In this document: positions 27,404-41,067 of the stretch, in pieces
Numbering within the stretch: the first letter of the stretch is position 1
Layout of the letters: every line of letters starts with the position of its first letter
Assembly (NCBI GenBank): GCA_964016885.1
Contig: OZ024741.1
Coordinates: 362,328,001 to 362,392,000 of the forward strand
Reading direction: 5' to 3'
Length of the DNA stretch: 64,000 bases
Source: Eledone cirrhosa
Lineage: Eukaryota
The notes under the pieces: model-generated
The model's database searches: none
Told to the model about the DNA's origin: nothing
Seen by the model: only the letters and a program-made list of their open reading frames with translations
Position numbers and translations under genes: made by a program

Positions 27404-30400
27404 TTGCATTTATCTTGCTTTATGTTCATACGAGTTATCACCAAGTCACAACCAGTGACCTCAAGAGACAACAAGGTCCGCCATGTTCAAGAAAGAACAT
27501 ACATATTCACACATGCATCCTTAGTGTTTAGACTTGTGATGTACTTATATTGACAGGATCTTCCTTAGTATATGGGCAGTTCCCATTAGTACTATCTTTT
27601 GTATTTCTCCTATACGCGGGTTTCCTGGGATTTGCGATAAGTAGTCGTTAGACCCCTTAGGTATCATTCCCAGAGCACCTACAACCACTGGTATTGTTTT
27701 AGTTCTCAATTTCCACATTTTTCCAATTTCTATCTCCAGGTCCTTATACTTGCTCAATTTTTCAAATGTTTTTATAGATACATTCTTGTCTATTGGAACA
27801 GACATATCAATTAGCAGGCATACCCTCCTTTGAAAGTCCTTCAATATTATATCAGGTCTATTTGCATCTATTTTTCGGTCTGTTTGGATGCTGAAGTTCC
27901 ACAAGATTGAGATGTGATCTTTTTCAAGTATGGGAGGTGGTTGATGCTCCCACCAATTCTTTTGATGGGGCAGGTCAAAATGCTTACACATTATCCAATG
28001 TATGTATTGTGCAGCTCTGTCATGCCTGTTTAGGTATTCGGTTGGAGCTATAGGACTGCACATTGAAATTATATGGTCAATGGTCTCTGGTTGTTTTTTG
28101 CATACACGGCATAATGGGCTGCACCCATTTTTTATTATGTTGGCTTGGTAATTTTTTGTTGGCAGACACTGATCTTGTGCCGATATAATCAGTCCTTCAG
28201 TCTCCGATTTCAGTCCAGAGGATGCCAACCACTGATGGGTTAAAGTTTTGTCAACATCAGGATTGTTAGCTCGCTCTGGGTATTTTCCATACAGAGGCTT
28301 TTCTTGCCATTTCTTAGCCAGTTTCTGTAGCAGTTCTTTCTTTGCAGTTACTTTTACCTGCTTTGCTTTTTCTGTGTTTTCCATTTCAGCAGTAAATGGG
28401 ACTTCTGAAATTTGTAGTCCATTACTGTATCTTTGTGCATCTTTTGTAATGGAATATGATCTTTTGGTGCTTTCGTGTTTCAAAACGAGTTTGATCATCC
28501 AATCATGTGATTCCCTTAGATATGTGGATAATCCAATTGTTGCAGTTTTCAGCGCAATGTCTAACTGGATTAACCCACGTCCTCCTTCTTTCCTAGGGAG
28601 ATATATTCTATCTATGTCTGCCTTAGGGTGATGTATTCTGTGCATGGTTAAGAATTTTCGGATTTTTGTATCGAGCCTACGGATCTCTGTGCTTGACCAG
28701 TTGATGACATTGTAACTGTAGGTTACTACTGGTATGGCAAGCGTGTTTATGGCATCGATCCTATTCCTTGCATTCAATTCCGTTCTTAAGATTGCTCTGA
28801 CTCTGCGGTAACATTCCTTCCTTATCCTTTCCCTCATTGTCGAGTGCTTGATTCCGTCTCCTTCACAAACACCTAGATATTTGTAAGTTTTTTCTTGATC
28901 AAGCTCTCTTATCACGTTCCCCCGATCAAGATTAATGTCTGAACTCTTCAGCAGCTTTCCTCTGGTGAACGTTGCTTTAGCTCATTTATCCAGTCCAAAC
29001 TCCATTTTAATGTCATCACTGAACTGCTTCAGTGGATAATAGCCCTTGCAATTGTTCATCATTTTTTGCAAATAGTTTCAGGTCATCCATGTAGAACAGG
29101 TGATTAATGGTTTTGTCATAGACTCTATATCCATGTTTTGTTTCATTGAGCATTTTACTTAATGGTATAAGTGCGATGCAGAATAAAAGCGGTGATAAAG
29201 AGTCACCCTGAAAAATTTCACAATTAATATTAACTTCTCCAGCTTCCAGTGATTTTGTATCACTATTCAAAAGGAGTGTCGTTCTCCATGTCCTCATACT
29301 GAATGACAAAAACCTCCTGACAACAAGGGATATTTTGAAAATCTCTAAACATTTTTCAATCCAACTGTGTGGCAAACTATCAAATGCTTTTTTATAATCT
29401 ATCCAAGCAATCGATAGATTTTTGTGTCTATTATGACAATCTTCCAGTATCATTTTGTTAACCAGAAGCTGATCCTTACAGCCATATGAGCCTCGTTTAC
29501 ACCCTTTCTGCTCAATGGGAAATAGGTCATTTGTTATCAGGTGGTCATATGTGTATTCAGTTAGGACTGATGTTAAAATTTTATACATTGTGGTCAAGCA
29601 GGTTATCGGTCTGTAATTTTTGGGATTGTTTGTCTCATCATTCTTCGGTAGCAGGAATGTAATGCCGTTAACTAGCCATGATGGTATCTTTTCTGGCTCC
29701 TTAACTATTTCATTGTAAAGTTGGGCTAACAGCTCATGAGACTCTGTGAAGGCATTTATCCAAAAGTTTTGTATTTTGTCTTTTCCTGGGGATTTCCATT
29801 TGCTGGTTTTTCTTAGAGCCAAGCGCAGCTGTTCAACTGTTATATTTTCCCATGTTTGTTCTTCAAGGTGAGCTGTTTCTTTCATTTGTCTGTCTATCCA
29901 TGGGGCATGTATGTTATGAACTTTTTCTTCGGCCCAGATCTTTTCCCAGAATTCTTGCACTTCCTCCTTGGGTGGTATTGATTTAGCAGTTATTGTTGAC
30001 TTACCAATTTTTCTGTAGAAGTTTCTTTGGTTGTTTTTGAACATATTATTGTCCTTATAGAATCTAGATCGTTTTTCAAAGCGCCTTATACGAGCAGCTT
30101 TGGCCGACACTTTTTGCTTGATTGTTTCTATCAGCATGTCTATGTCACATGTTGATCTTATACTGTACTTTTTTTTCAATTTTCTAAGTTTAGTTTGTTT
30201 AACATGTTCACCTACTTTATAGTTTGTTAAAATTTCTATGTCAGATCGGAGAAGGTTTATTTGGCGATTGATGTTATCTTGCCAAGTAGATTTCTTGTGG
30301 GAATTCCTTTGTTTTTTCATCTTCACTCCACATAAGTGAGTGGTGACTTTAGTCGATGCATAATAGAGATGATTTAAGTCAGTAATGTTTAGTTTGTTTG

Positions 30401-31378
30401 TGATGATAATGTTTTTGAGAATTATGTTAGTCTTGTGTATTATATTTTGGTTCTGTTTGGAGTTCTGGATCTTAGGGAGGGTGTCTCGTTGCCCCATGTC
30501 AGATTCTTTCATTTTCATCCATTCGATCATAATTTCATCCTTCAAGTTGGCAAGTTCATTCTCATTCATTTCTTTATCATTTACGATCTCATTATTTTCA
30601 TTTGGAGTTTCATCCTGAGCATGCACTCCCTCCACTTTTTCGCTCCTTTCTTTAATTTGTTCTGTTGCCAGTGATTCCGCCCCAACCCTGGGATTCGAAG
30701 TGTTACAGTTTACCTCGTTTTCAGTGACACATGCTTCATTTTCCCTTCGCTGACTTTGTGCTACTAGCTTGATCTGATCAATTTCTATATCAGTTAGTAA
30801 CTTTTTTCTTACAATATTTCTTCGTATATTGGCTAGTTTGTTACTGTCAATATAGCCTCTGTTTTCGGGATGTTTCTTTTTCCAGTTGATATATGTTTGT
30901 TCTGTATTCGATGTATTTGATGGGTAGTACATGGCAGTGTAGAAAGCCTCAAGGACTTCTTTATTATCTTCCCTTGACCATTTTTCTCTCTTTTTCTTTG
31001 GATTTCTTGGTGGTGAGCATGGAGGGCCAACAGTAGGAGTATTCCGGTTATGGGAGGTCTCCAGCTCCGAAGTGATGGGAAGGTTTGAACCATTAGCTGA
31101 TTTTTCGACCCCAGTCTGGTTCCTCTCTGAGGGACGCGGCCCTTTTTTACCCGGGTGACGGCCGATCCGGTATGAGATTTTATCATTAGACATTTACCTT
31201 ATTTTGTCGCGTTTTATCCTTATCCGCCAAGGGGTAATCATTTCGTGTTACCACTTCTAGAACGAGTGTCAACCAAGACTAGAGGGGTCGTTCTCCCCTA
31301 GAGACATGGCTATTCCCCGCCGGCCACCATCTCGGTATTTCTTGGTCACGGGGTTTTCTTTTTGTTGTTTTTTTTTAA
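27404..31378 (-). mobile_element. R4/Dong-clade RLE LINE, family B, full length with two lesions
   Basis: ORFs 31193-29016 and 28915-27545 (FYMDD, CRVC..H...C, RHD, RPD, KLSKY); relative to the 38087 copy it has a 2-nt deletion near 29030 and TGC>TGA near 28983. Confidence 0.94.
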
Positions 31379-31499
31379 ATTGTTATTATCATGAGTGGTT
31401 CCTTAATGTGAGCATTGCGTGGCTTAAGAATGAAATTATTAATAATTGTCTCCACTCCAGGCACAAGGCCAGCAATCACCCAGTGCATTACAATAATAT

Positions 31500-34400
31500 A
31501 ATATACTTTTTGTTGTAGTTGGCTGTTATTGTTGTTGGCTATGTCGGTGGTGGTGCCGGGGCTTTTTATATTGTTGGTGAGGAAGGGGTGAGCCAGCAGT
31601 CCCATAATTGTTGAAGTAGACGTTTGGCCGGTGGCAAGGTCACCAAGTCAATCTATTTATATCTTTTGCTAGCCTCTCTCTTGTCTAGTGATACCGCCAC
31701 CTTCCCTTTTCTCTCTCAAGTTAACAGGGGAATAGTGTCAGTAGTATTGAATGAGTGGTGGCGGCGATGATGGATGTGGTGGGGTGGTGGCAGCGGTGGT
31801 GTTGTGGTTACTGATATAGTATCTATGAGTTTGTGTTCGTATGTTTAATATATATTTTTATTATATTTTGTGTTGACATATTCCCGTAAAATTTGAATTA
31901 AACATTTTTTTAAATTTGAGACAATAATAATAGTAATTATTATTATGATGCTGGTGAAATTGCCGTTATCTGGCTGTTATATTTAGTGTGATGGGATAGG
32001 TAGTGTATCAAGTTTCTGGTGTTGGTGAAATTGAAATTGCTGCTGTTCTATATAGTGTAGACAGAGGGTGTTTTGTTCCATTTATAACCATTTTCTTTTT
32101 TTGAATACAAAATATATATAATACAAAATTGAATATTTGAGCGATACAACAATATAATATGGATCCGAAACTTTATGGGACCTCATTCGGTGCCTTTATG
32201 CAACATTTGTGCTAAGAATTGTTGTTTTCAGTTGTTTCAAATTGCCAGTTATGGAAAAATTTTGTTGTTAAGTATTTATAAGCTCATATATATTGCTTTC
32301 TGAAAAGGACACTCAATAATATTGGGGCCTTGAGCCCAAAATTTTAACTTTATTTTATCAAACAAAAATCTCTTTGAAAAAAAAACATTGACAGCATTCG
32401 GCTACCCAAATCTGCTGACAGCAGTTCTGACGGACCAACATTTCCCACCACCATCACCACCATTGTAAACCTTGCTATGGTTGCCAACACTGAAAATATA
32501 AGTAACAGCAGTGGCAATTATTTAGATTTGTCACGTGCAGACATGGATATCCCGCCATTACCAATGTCTACATGTGTAAAGCCGCCATCTCTACCACCAC
32601 AATGTCAAATAGTACATCCAACACCACTGATACAATCACCACCACCACCAGAGCAACAACTGAAACAAAAAATAAATTATTATCTCGTGATATTGAAATG
32701 GATTCTCCCAAAATCGACACTTCCACGCCGAACGCCACTGACACCACCACCACCCCTACAACAACAACAACTGAAACTAAAAATAATAATAACAAAAATA
32801 ACAATAACAACAACAGCAACAATAAGAATAACAACAACAACATCAACACCAGCACAAAACCAAATGTGTCGTTTGCTAAAGCGGCAAACAAAAACGAAAC
32901 GGTGGAAGTAAGCCAGGAAGAATAGTATGAAGCCAAGCGAATGGTAAAAAAGTATGGTTACAGGGTCAGCCTCACACCCCCATCTAATACCATGGAGCAT
33001 CGGCGCCTATGCACCATATCATTTTGCACAATAAATACAAAAACACGCCGAGTCGAACAGGCATCTGAGTCCCAGATACAAAAAGCTTTGGGATAAGTGG
33101 ACGTGTTCTTTGGAACCCCACAGAAAGCCAGAAAGCACTCCATGGCCCCATTAAAAAGTGACGAGTTCACACTCGTCCCAAGCTATTGTGGTCAGAGGCT
33201 GGTAAGGATCAAGGTGACCCAGGTTCCACCGGCCATTGAAATTCCATGGCTAATGGCTGCCATCCTCGCCGACATTGAGGCCGACACAAAAGTAATCGAG
33301 GTGATAAAAGTAAAGCAGGAGAACTGGTCCAGATCTGGAATGGAGCTCCTAACCAAGCAGACCAAAAAAGTATACAGGAAATTCCAGAGGTGATAGACCT
33401 CAATGATCGCAGCCACCTCTCCGTAAACGTTGAGGGTAGAAGGCCTAGGTGTGTCGTTTGTGGCGAAGGAACCCACCTAAAGGCTTTCTGCCCTCAGGCT
33501 AAAATGTTGAGGCCACCTCTCATGCCCACCCCAGTGACTCAACCATCAAAACCAGCAGCAGAAATGGCAGCAACAACTGTAGCAGCAACAGTAGCAAAAC
33601 CAACACCACCATCCACTGCGACAGAATTAGCACCAGCGCCTCCACCATCCACCATACCACAACCAAAACCAACGCCTGTGAAGGATTTTCCACTCCCCGA
33701 CCTCTCACAACTGGAGACAGACTGTGACAACGATGAGGAGTGGGAAACTGTATCTGGAAAAAAGAAAAAAAAAGAAACCAGAAAAGAAAAAATCCTCTTC
33801 CTTCGCCTCCAAAAACAAAATGCAGGGCAAAACAAACAAACAAACTAACAAAAAAGTTACAGCTATACCACCACCCACACCAGCATCACAATCCCCATCA
33901 CCACAAACACCAACACCATCACCATCATTAACCCCAAAACTACCATCACTAACAAGCAAAACAGAAACAAACCCACAACAAAAGCAAACAAAACAGAGCA
34001 ACCAAAACGACACATACTACAGAGCATTAAATATGAACAACAACCAATTATTACACTACATCCAACACAACACCAGCATCTCAGAAAAAAACTATACAAC
34101 ACCCCAAAACTCCACTGCTACCAAGATCAGGGCAGGCAACAGAGGCAGAAGACCTTTTCATGGTGAGTAGGAGGGCAACGTCCATGGCACCCATACCAAC
34201 ACCAACTGTCGCAGCAGCTCCACCAGCGGCAAAATAGCCGGAGCGGGCTCCACTACCACCACCAACAGCAGTGGAGCTCATATCACTCCCAGACGCCACA
34301 GAATCCGACATGGAGTATGAGGCAAGAGTGAAGTGGCAAACGGTCTGCCATAAAAAAACAAAGAAGAAAAAACCGTTAGCTTCACTCTCCAAAACCGAAG

Positions 34401-37400
34401 GCAAACAAAGAGGGGTAAAGGCTGCAAGGAGACTTGCAACACCACCACCATCACCACCACAAGCATCACCACCAACAACAACCACACCACCACCAGCATC
34501 ACCAAAAACACCAACATCGCAAATACAACAAAACACACACACCCAACAGCAACAACAAGAAAACAGCAACAAAATCACCCCTCCCCCAAAAAGTACACAG
34601 CCATAAACATGGCAAATAAAGAACTCATACAACATATAAAGCAACACACAGACATCACAGAAAAAACTACTACACCCCACCAACACCTAGAACTCTCCCG
34701 ACAAACATAAACATCATTGAAATCAAAATAGAACATTACAAACTTTTAAAACAAAAATTCACCAACGCAGTTGGAGACTTCAGAGCGTCGGTTACCAAGA
34801 GGATATACACCGACATCATCTTGGAAACACCCATGCCCAGCCAAAGGGACGGTTCCACTGTCCCTTTCCCACACGATCAAGGTAAGTGATCCTTTCTCAC
34901 TTACGCTGTTTCTCACCCAACATGGCCGTACTTAGAATAGGCAATATAAATGCACGTTGTCTGGGTTCATTTTGGAAGCAGGGTCACCTGCTCAACGACC
35001 TCAGGTCACTAAACATAGATGTGGTGGCCATCAGCGAGACCAGAATCTCCGAAGCACGAGCCTTCGCACCCATCTTCGGCGGCTACGATGCATACGCATC
35101 TCAGAGCCGTCCAGGATGGGGGGGGGGGGGGGGAAGCTGCCGTGCTTTTTCGGAGAGGCTTGGATCTCGCCATATGGGCCATCTACCTGGACCCAGAAAG
35201 TAAGTTGGTGGTGCTGGACATGACCGGCAGCGAAGGCAATGCTTTCAGACTAGTAGCCATCTACGCCCCAACAGGGGCAGGACAGCCAAATTTCTTCAGA
35301 TGTCTAAAGACCTTTCTTGGAAGTCCCGTTCTTTAGTGTTAGTGGGCGACTGGAACAGTATCTTAGATGTACGCTGGGATTATGTGGGGCTAGTAGACAG
35401 GGCAGGAGGTGTAAAAGTCTCAACAACCTGCTCAGATAGGGTATTCTGTAGGGAAACAGATAAGGCTAGTGTAAGTTGTCCACAATTTAAAGTAGTCGAC
35501 TACACAGACCACAAATTTGTGATCTGTGAAGTTGACTTAGATAGACTCCATAGGCAAGGGCCCGGCTACTGGAAGTTGAACGCGTTGTTCCCCGCGCACA
35601 ACGCTTACAGAGACCGGATTAGCGAATTAGTTAAGCGTGCGTTGACAGGTGCGATCGTCAACAACAGGTGGTGGTTTACCCTGAAAGGGCTATTAGAGTA
35701 GAATCGATAAGGTTTAGCAAAGGAGTAGTGATAGAGGAAAATAGAGTAGAAGGAGAGTTAGTTAGAAAGCTAGAAGAGGCATTTAGGACATGCATCGCAA
35801 CTGACGTGTTTGCGGCGAGATTGGCACTCGACCAATTCTTCAACACAAAGCATGGAGGCTGCGTTGTCAGAGCTAGAGCGCATGCTCTAAGACATGAGAG
35901 GACGAAAGCTGTTCAATGGGCCCGGGTGGTGGAGGCGTGACGTGGCAACAAGTCCACAATTCGGTCTTTGCCTGATCAAAACGGACCCATGTTCCTCGAA
36001 CCCGAGCAGATGTGTGCGGCTTTTCAACAGCACTTTGCTCAATTGTTCGGGAGCGGCGGCAGGCCAGATCGGAGAATGGACTTCGGTGAATACCTCGACG
36101 GATTGCCGCGGCTATCGACAACCGCAGTGCTGTAAAAAGCCGATAACATCAGCTGAAATTCGGGAAGCGATGTCTGACTGCACGATGGGTAAATCGCCAG
36201 GTTTGGATGATCTGCCCTACGAGCTTTATGCGTATATGCCAGGCTTGTTCGGCGACCTCTTGGCAGATGTCTACTGCAGCTGGCAGCAGAACGGGAGCAT
36301 TCCTAGTTTTGTGAACCGGGGAGCGGTGGCGCTGCTGAGAAAAGACCCGAACAAGAGGGACGTTATAGACAACTTCAGCCCCATAACTCTGCTAAACGCA
36401 GAGTTTAAGATTTTGGCCAAGGTGTTAGCAAAGAGATTGGCGCTTGTCGTCGGTGATCTAGTGGGAGAGGCGCAGACATGTGCCATTCCGGACAGATCCA
36501 TCCACAACAACCTCTATCTCATGCGATACATCATAGAGAGGGTGGTTAAGGAACCAAACACGTCCAGATGCTCGGCAGTGCTCTCAAGGAATACGAAGCG
36601 GTGACAGGAGCAAAGATAAACCAGGAAAAGTCGGTAGGCTTGCAACTTGGCACCTGGAGAGACAAGTCCATGCTGCCCGACAGCGTCATGGGGCGCTGGA
36701 CGGAAGGACCGGTTAAATTGCTTGGGGTCTGGTTCGGTCCGGACCTCCAGTTGGAGAAAAACTGGAGCGAGGTGACGAGCAGGGTGGCCTCTCTCACCCA
36801 GAAATGGGTCGAGAGGAGGCTGTCTCTGAAAGGTGGTGAATGCGTATATCGCGTCCGTCATCTGCTACCATCTGACCGTCGTACCTTGCCCCTGCCCAAC
36901 TCTGACCAAAATGGAGCGTCTTCTCTTCCACTTTTTGTGGAAGGGACGTGCTCCCATGGTCAGACGATCCATTTACTGTCAACACCCATTGCGTGGAGGA
37001 CTAGGCATGCCGTGGCTGATGATGCGCAAACATGCGCTGAGGCTGCGACATCTCTGGTGCTTCCTTGACGGTGAAGAGGTGTGGTCGCCATTTGCCAGAC
37101 GCGCTTTTCCCCAGCTCGTCTCCTTGACGGAGTTGCAGTCCTGAATCAGGAAAAGACCGAGAGATAGCGCTTGGAAGCTGGAATGTCTCCAAGCGCTCAC
37201 CGCCCTCTACCAGCTGGGCACTAATATCTGTGGAACATCCACCTCGGCGTTCTATAGAGGGCTAGTGGAGGGAAAGAGCGATGACGTTCTCGGAGAGACT
37301 CTGGGCGTAGAAGACGATCAGCTGTTCGCTATCTTCAAGAGAACTTTCAGACCGGGGCCTATGGACAATTTCCAGAAATCCCTGGCCTGGCAGTGCTACC

Positions 37401-38085
37401 GGGAAGTGTTGCCGGTTCGGGATAAGCTCTACAGGCACGGGGGTGCTGTCAGCCGAGCCTGTCCGAGATGCACGAAACCGTCCTGCATGCACTCGTTCAT
37501 TGCCCGAGGATTTCTGACTTGTGGAGCTATGTCGAACAGCTGCTGTCGCATGTAGGACGTATCCGGAAGGGCAGGCAGTTTTCATCTGCCTGGTGGCCAT
37601 GGTGAAAGAGATTGTGTGGTGGACAAGGTCGAAAGGGTTGAAGATGGACACTTTCCTCTTCGGCCAATCCCTGATTAACTTTTTCAAGTTTCACTTGAAG
37701 AGGAAAATCAGGGTGGAGAGACAAGTGCTGTCTTCTAGTAAGTTTGTTGAAAGGTGGGTGAAAGTGGCGAGTCTGGTCCGAGTATGTGCCTGTAGACTGA
37801 GGAGTGGGAAAACTGAGAGAGGGTGCTTGCCCTGGTGGTCAGAGTGGCCGTGGTCTTTTTGTGTGGTTTTCCCCACGAATGACCCTCAGAGGTTTCCCCC
37901 TTTTTGGGGAATTTTTGTTGTTTGAATTTTTTTGATTTCTAGCCCGATTTTGTTATAACCTGTTTACACGACCAAAACCCACTTTGTATCATCCTGTACT
38001 GTTCTGTGCCGTCCCTAATGTTTTTCTTCATGTTAGCCCTTGTGGTCAATAAAGAAACCATTATTGTTATTATTATTATTATTAT
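31500..38085 (+). mobile_element. Near full-length decayed Tx1/L1-type LINE (ORF1 ~32477-34889, ORF2 ~34922-37795); 5' boundary uncertain
   Basis: ORF1 zinc knuckle CVVCGEGTHLKAFC; ORF2 APE (NINARC, ISETR, GDWN, TDHK), GKSPGLD, PITLLNAEFKILAK, internal RT deletion near 36555, CPRC; AATAAA and (ATT)n tail. Confidence 0.88.
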
Positions 38086-38086
38086 T

Positions 38087-40021
38087 TGCATTTATCTTGC
38101 TTTATGTTTATACGAGTTATCACCAAGTCACACCCAGTGACCTCAAGAGACAACAAGGTCCGCCATGTTCAAGAAAGAACACACATATTCACACATGCAT
38201 CCTTAGTGTTTAGACTTGTGATGTACTTATATTGACAGGATCTTCCTTAGTATATGGGCAGTTCCCATTAGTACTATCTTTTGTATTTCTCCTATACGCG
38301 GGTTTCCTGGGATTTGCGATAAGTAGTCGTTAGACCCCTTAGGTATCATTCCCAGAGCGCCTACAACCACTGGTATTGTTTTAGTTCTCAATTTCCACAT
38401 TTTTCCAATTTCTATCTCCAGGTCCTTATACTTGCTCAATTTTTCAAATGTTTTTATAGATACATTCTTGTCTATTGGAACAGACATATCAATTAGCAGG
38501 CATACCCTCCTTTGAAAGTCCTTCAATATTATATCAGGTCTATTTGCATCTATTTTTCGGTCTGTTTGGATGCTAAAGTTCCACAAGATTGAGATGTGAT
38601 CTTTTTCAAGTATGGGAGGTGGTTGATGCTCCCACCAATTCTTTTGATGGGGCAGGTCAAAATGCTTACACATTATCCAATGTATGTATTGTGCAGCTCT
38701 GTCATGCCTGTTTAGGTATTCGGTTGGAGCTATAGGACTGCACATTGAAATTATATGGTCAATGGTCTCTGGTTGTTTTTTGCATACACGGCATAATGGG
38801 CTGCACCCATTTTTTATTATGTTGGCTTGGTAATTTTTTGTTGGCAGACACTGATCTTGTGCGGATATAATCAGTCCTTCAGTCTCCGATTTCAGTCCAG
38901 AGGATGCCAACCACTGATGGGTTAAAGTTTTGTCAACATCAGGATTGTTAGCTCGCTCTGGGTATTTTCCATACAGAGGCTTTTCTTGCCATTTCTTAGC
39001 CAGTTTCTGTAGCAGTTCTTTCTTTGCAGTTACTTTTACCTGCTTTGCTTTTTCTGTGTTTTCCATTTCAGCAGTAAATGGGACTTCTGAAATTTGTAGT
39101 CCATTACTGTATCTTTGTGCATCTTTTGTAATGGAATATGATCTTTTGGTGCTTTCGTGTTTCAAAACGAGTTTGATCATCCAATCATGTGATTCCCTTA
39201 GATATGTGGATAATCCAATTGTTGCAGTTTTCAACGCAATGTCTAACTGGATTAACCCACGTCCTCCTTCTTTCCTAGGGAGATATATTCTATCTATGTC
39301 TGCCTTAGGGTGATGCATTCTGTGCATGGTTAAGAATTTTCGGATTTTTGTATCGAGCCTACGGATCTCTGTGCTTGACCAGTTGATGACATTGTAACTG
39401 TAGGTTACTACTGGTATGGCAAGCGTGTTTATGGCATCGATCCTATTCCTTGCATTCAATTCCGTTCTTAAGATTGCTCTGACTCTGCGGTAACATTCCT
39501 TCCTTATCCTTTCCCTCATTGTCGAGTGCTTGATTCCGTCTCCTTCACAAACACCTAGATATTTGTAAGTTTGTTCTTGATCAAGCTCTCTTATCACGTT
39601 CCCCCGATCAAGATTAATGTCTGAACTCTTCAGCAGCTTTCCTCTGGTGAACGTTGCTTTGGCGCATTTATCCAGTCCAAACTCCATTTTAATGTCATCA
39701 CTGAACTGCTTCACAGTGGATAATAGCCCTTGCAATTGTTCATCATTTTTTGCGAATAGTTTCAGGTCATCCATGTAGAACAGGTGATTAATGGTTTTGT
39801 CATAGACTCTATATCCATGTTTTGTTTCATTGAGCATTTTACTTAATGGTATAAGTGCGATGCAGAATAAAAGCGGTGATAAAGAGTCACCCTGAAAAAT
39901 TCCACAATTAATGTTAACTTCTCCAGCTTCCAGTGATTTTGTTTCACTATTCAAAAGGAGTGTCGTTCTCCATGTCCTCATACTGAATGACAAAAACCTC
40001 CTGACAACGGGGGATATTTTG
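38087..40021 (-). mobile_element. 5'-truncated Dong family B copy with uninterrupted 588-aa RT-CCHC-RLE ORF
   Basis: Almost identical to 27404-29337; (ATT)n on both sides. Confidence 0.94.
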
Positions 40022-40521
40022 TATTATTATTATTATTATTATTATCATTATTGTTATTATTATTTTTTTTCATGCAATGGCCATACTTGATAACGAGGGG
40101 GCAGCCATCATGTATTATGCAGGGTTATTGAATTTAGAGAATTCGTGGAAAGAACAGAAATTAGTCCAAATGGACCGAACAAAATGGACCAGTTACTGAG
40201 GTTGGCATTTATATAGTTGAATTGCTAATAAGGATTAGAAGACGTTGGAAGTGGTCTATCAGGAATATAAGAGGAATCGGGTATTGTGTGCGAGGCACAG
40301 TTGGGGGGGGGGGGGGGGTCAGTAGTTCCAAATGGAGTGTAAACACGAGTAGAAGTGGCAAAAACTGATCTCAGGATCCCGAACCTCATATCATAAGAGA
40401 TGATAAAGAAATGTAATGAATGGTGTGATGTGTAGCAGAGTTGAGTAAATTCTGCTCATCCCATGTAAGTATGGAAAAAAAGGCTATAAAGAATTGCACA
40501 CACACATATATATATATATAT

Positions 40522-40810
40522 ACCATATATACTCGAGTAATAGTCGATCTCATGTTGATCCTTTATTTTTGGCCAAAAAATCTGGAATTTTCCAGACCAC
40601 ATATAAAAGTCAACCCTATTATTTCAAGGATAACAGTTAACATTTGTGGGTCAATGTATCACCCTATATGTAGAAATAACACTGTTACAAAATCGTCAGG
40701 AATTTCAGAGGCAAATTTATATTATTGGAAATACATGTTTGAAACTAAAGTTTTACCCAAACGAGTGCCAAAAGTTTGATGGATACAAGTAAAAGACCAA
40801 GTGTAAATAT
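40522..40810. mobile_element. Possible pogo/Tc2-like MITE remnant
   Basis: TA|CCATATATACTCGAGTAATAGTCG resembles a CCGTA-type TIR; right end degenerate. Confidence 0.3.
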
Positions 40811-40841
40811 ATATAAGAGCTACGTGTCTAAAACTACGTAC

Positions 40842-41067
40842 CTTTCACCAAATATTAGAGTGTATATGATACTCAAAGAGAAGAGTGCCATCGGGTAGCT
40901 CAAGGAGAATGGTTTACCATTGTGAGATTCAAAAACTTCGCTCAAATTCTGGGTTTCCAAATATATCTGTTCTTCTAAACTGCTCTTGCCCATTCCTAAA
41001 TCACGTAGTGTTGAAATAATAAACTTTTTCAGGTCTTTCCATTCTTTGCCAATGTTAAAGAAAATAC
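40842..41067 (-). CDS. Cytochrome P450 coding exon 2
   Basis: tttcag|GT ATT..GAA AG|gtacgt; GIFFNIGKEWKDLKKFIISTLRDLGMGKSSLEEQIYLE..GKPF..IFGER (CYP2-type C helix and LRDLGMGK). Confidence 0.93.

Noticed and set aside
28981-28984. TGA at a Cys position in Dong RT as possible selenocysteine
   Set aside because: The sister copy has TGC, and the same copy has a frameshift ~50 bp away; simple decay.
31200-31350. HDV-like ribozyme in the Dong 5' UTR (GGCCGGC start on minus strand)
   Set aside because: Could not find the complementary P1 strand or the pseudoknot by eye.
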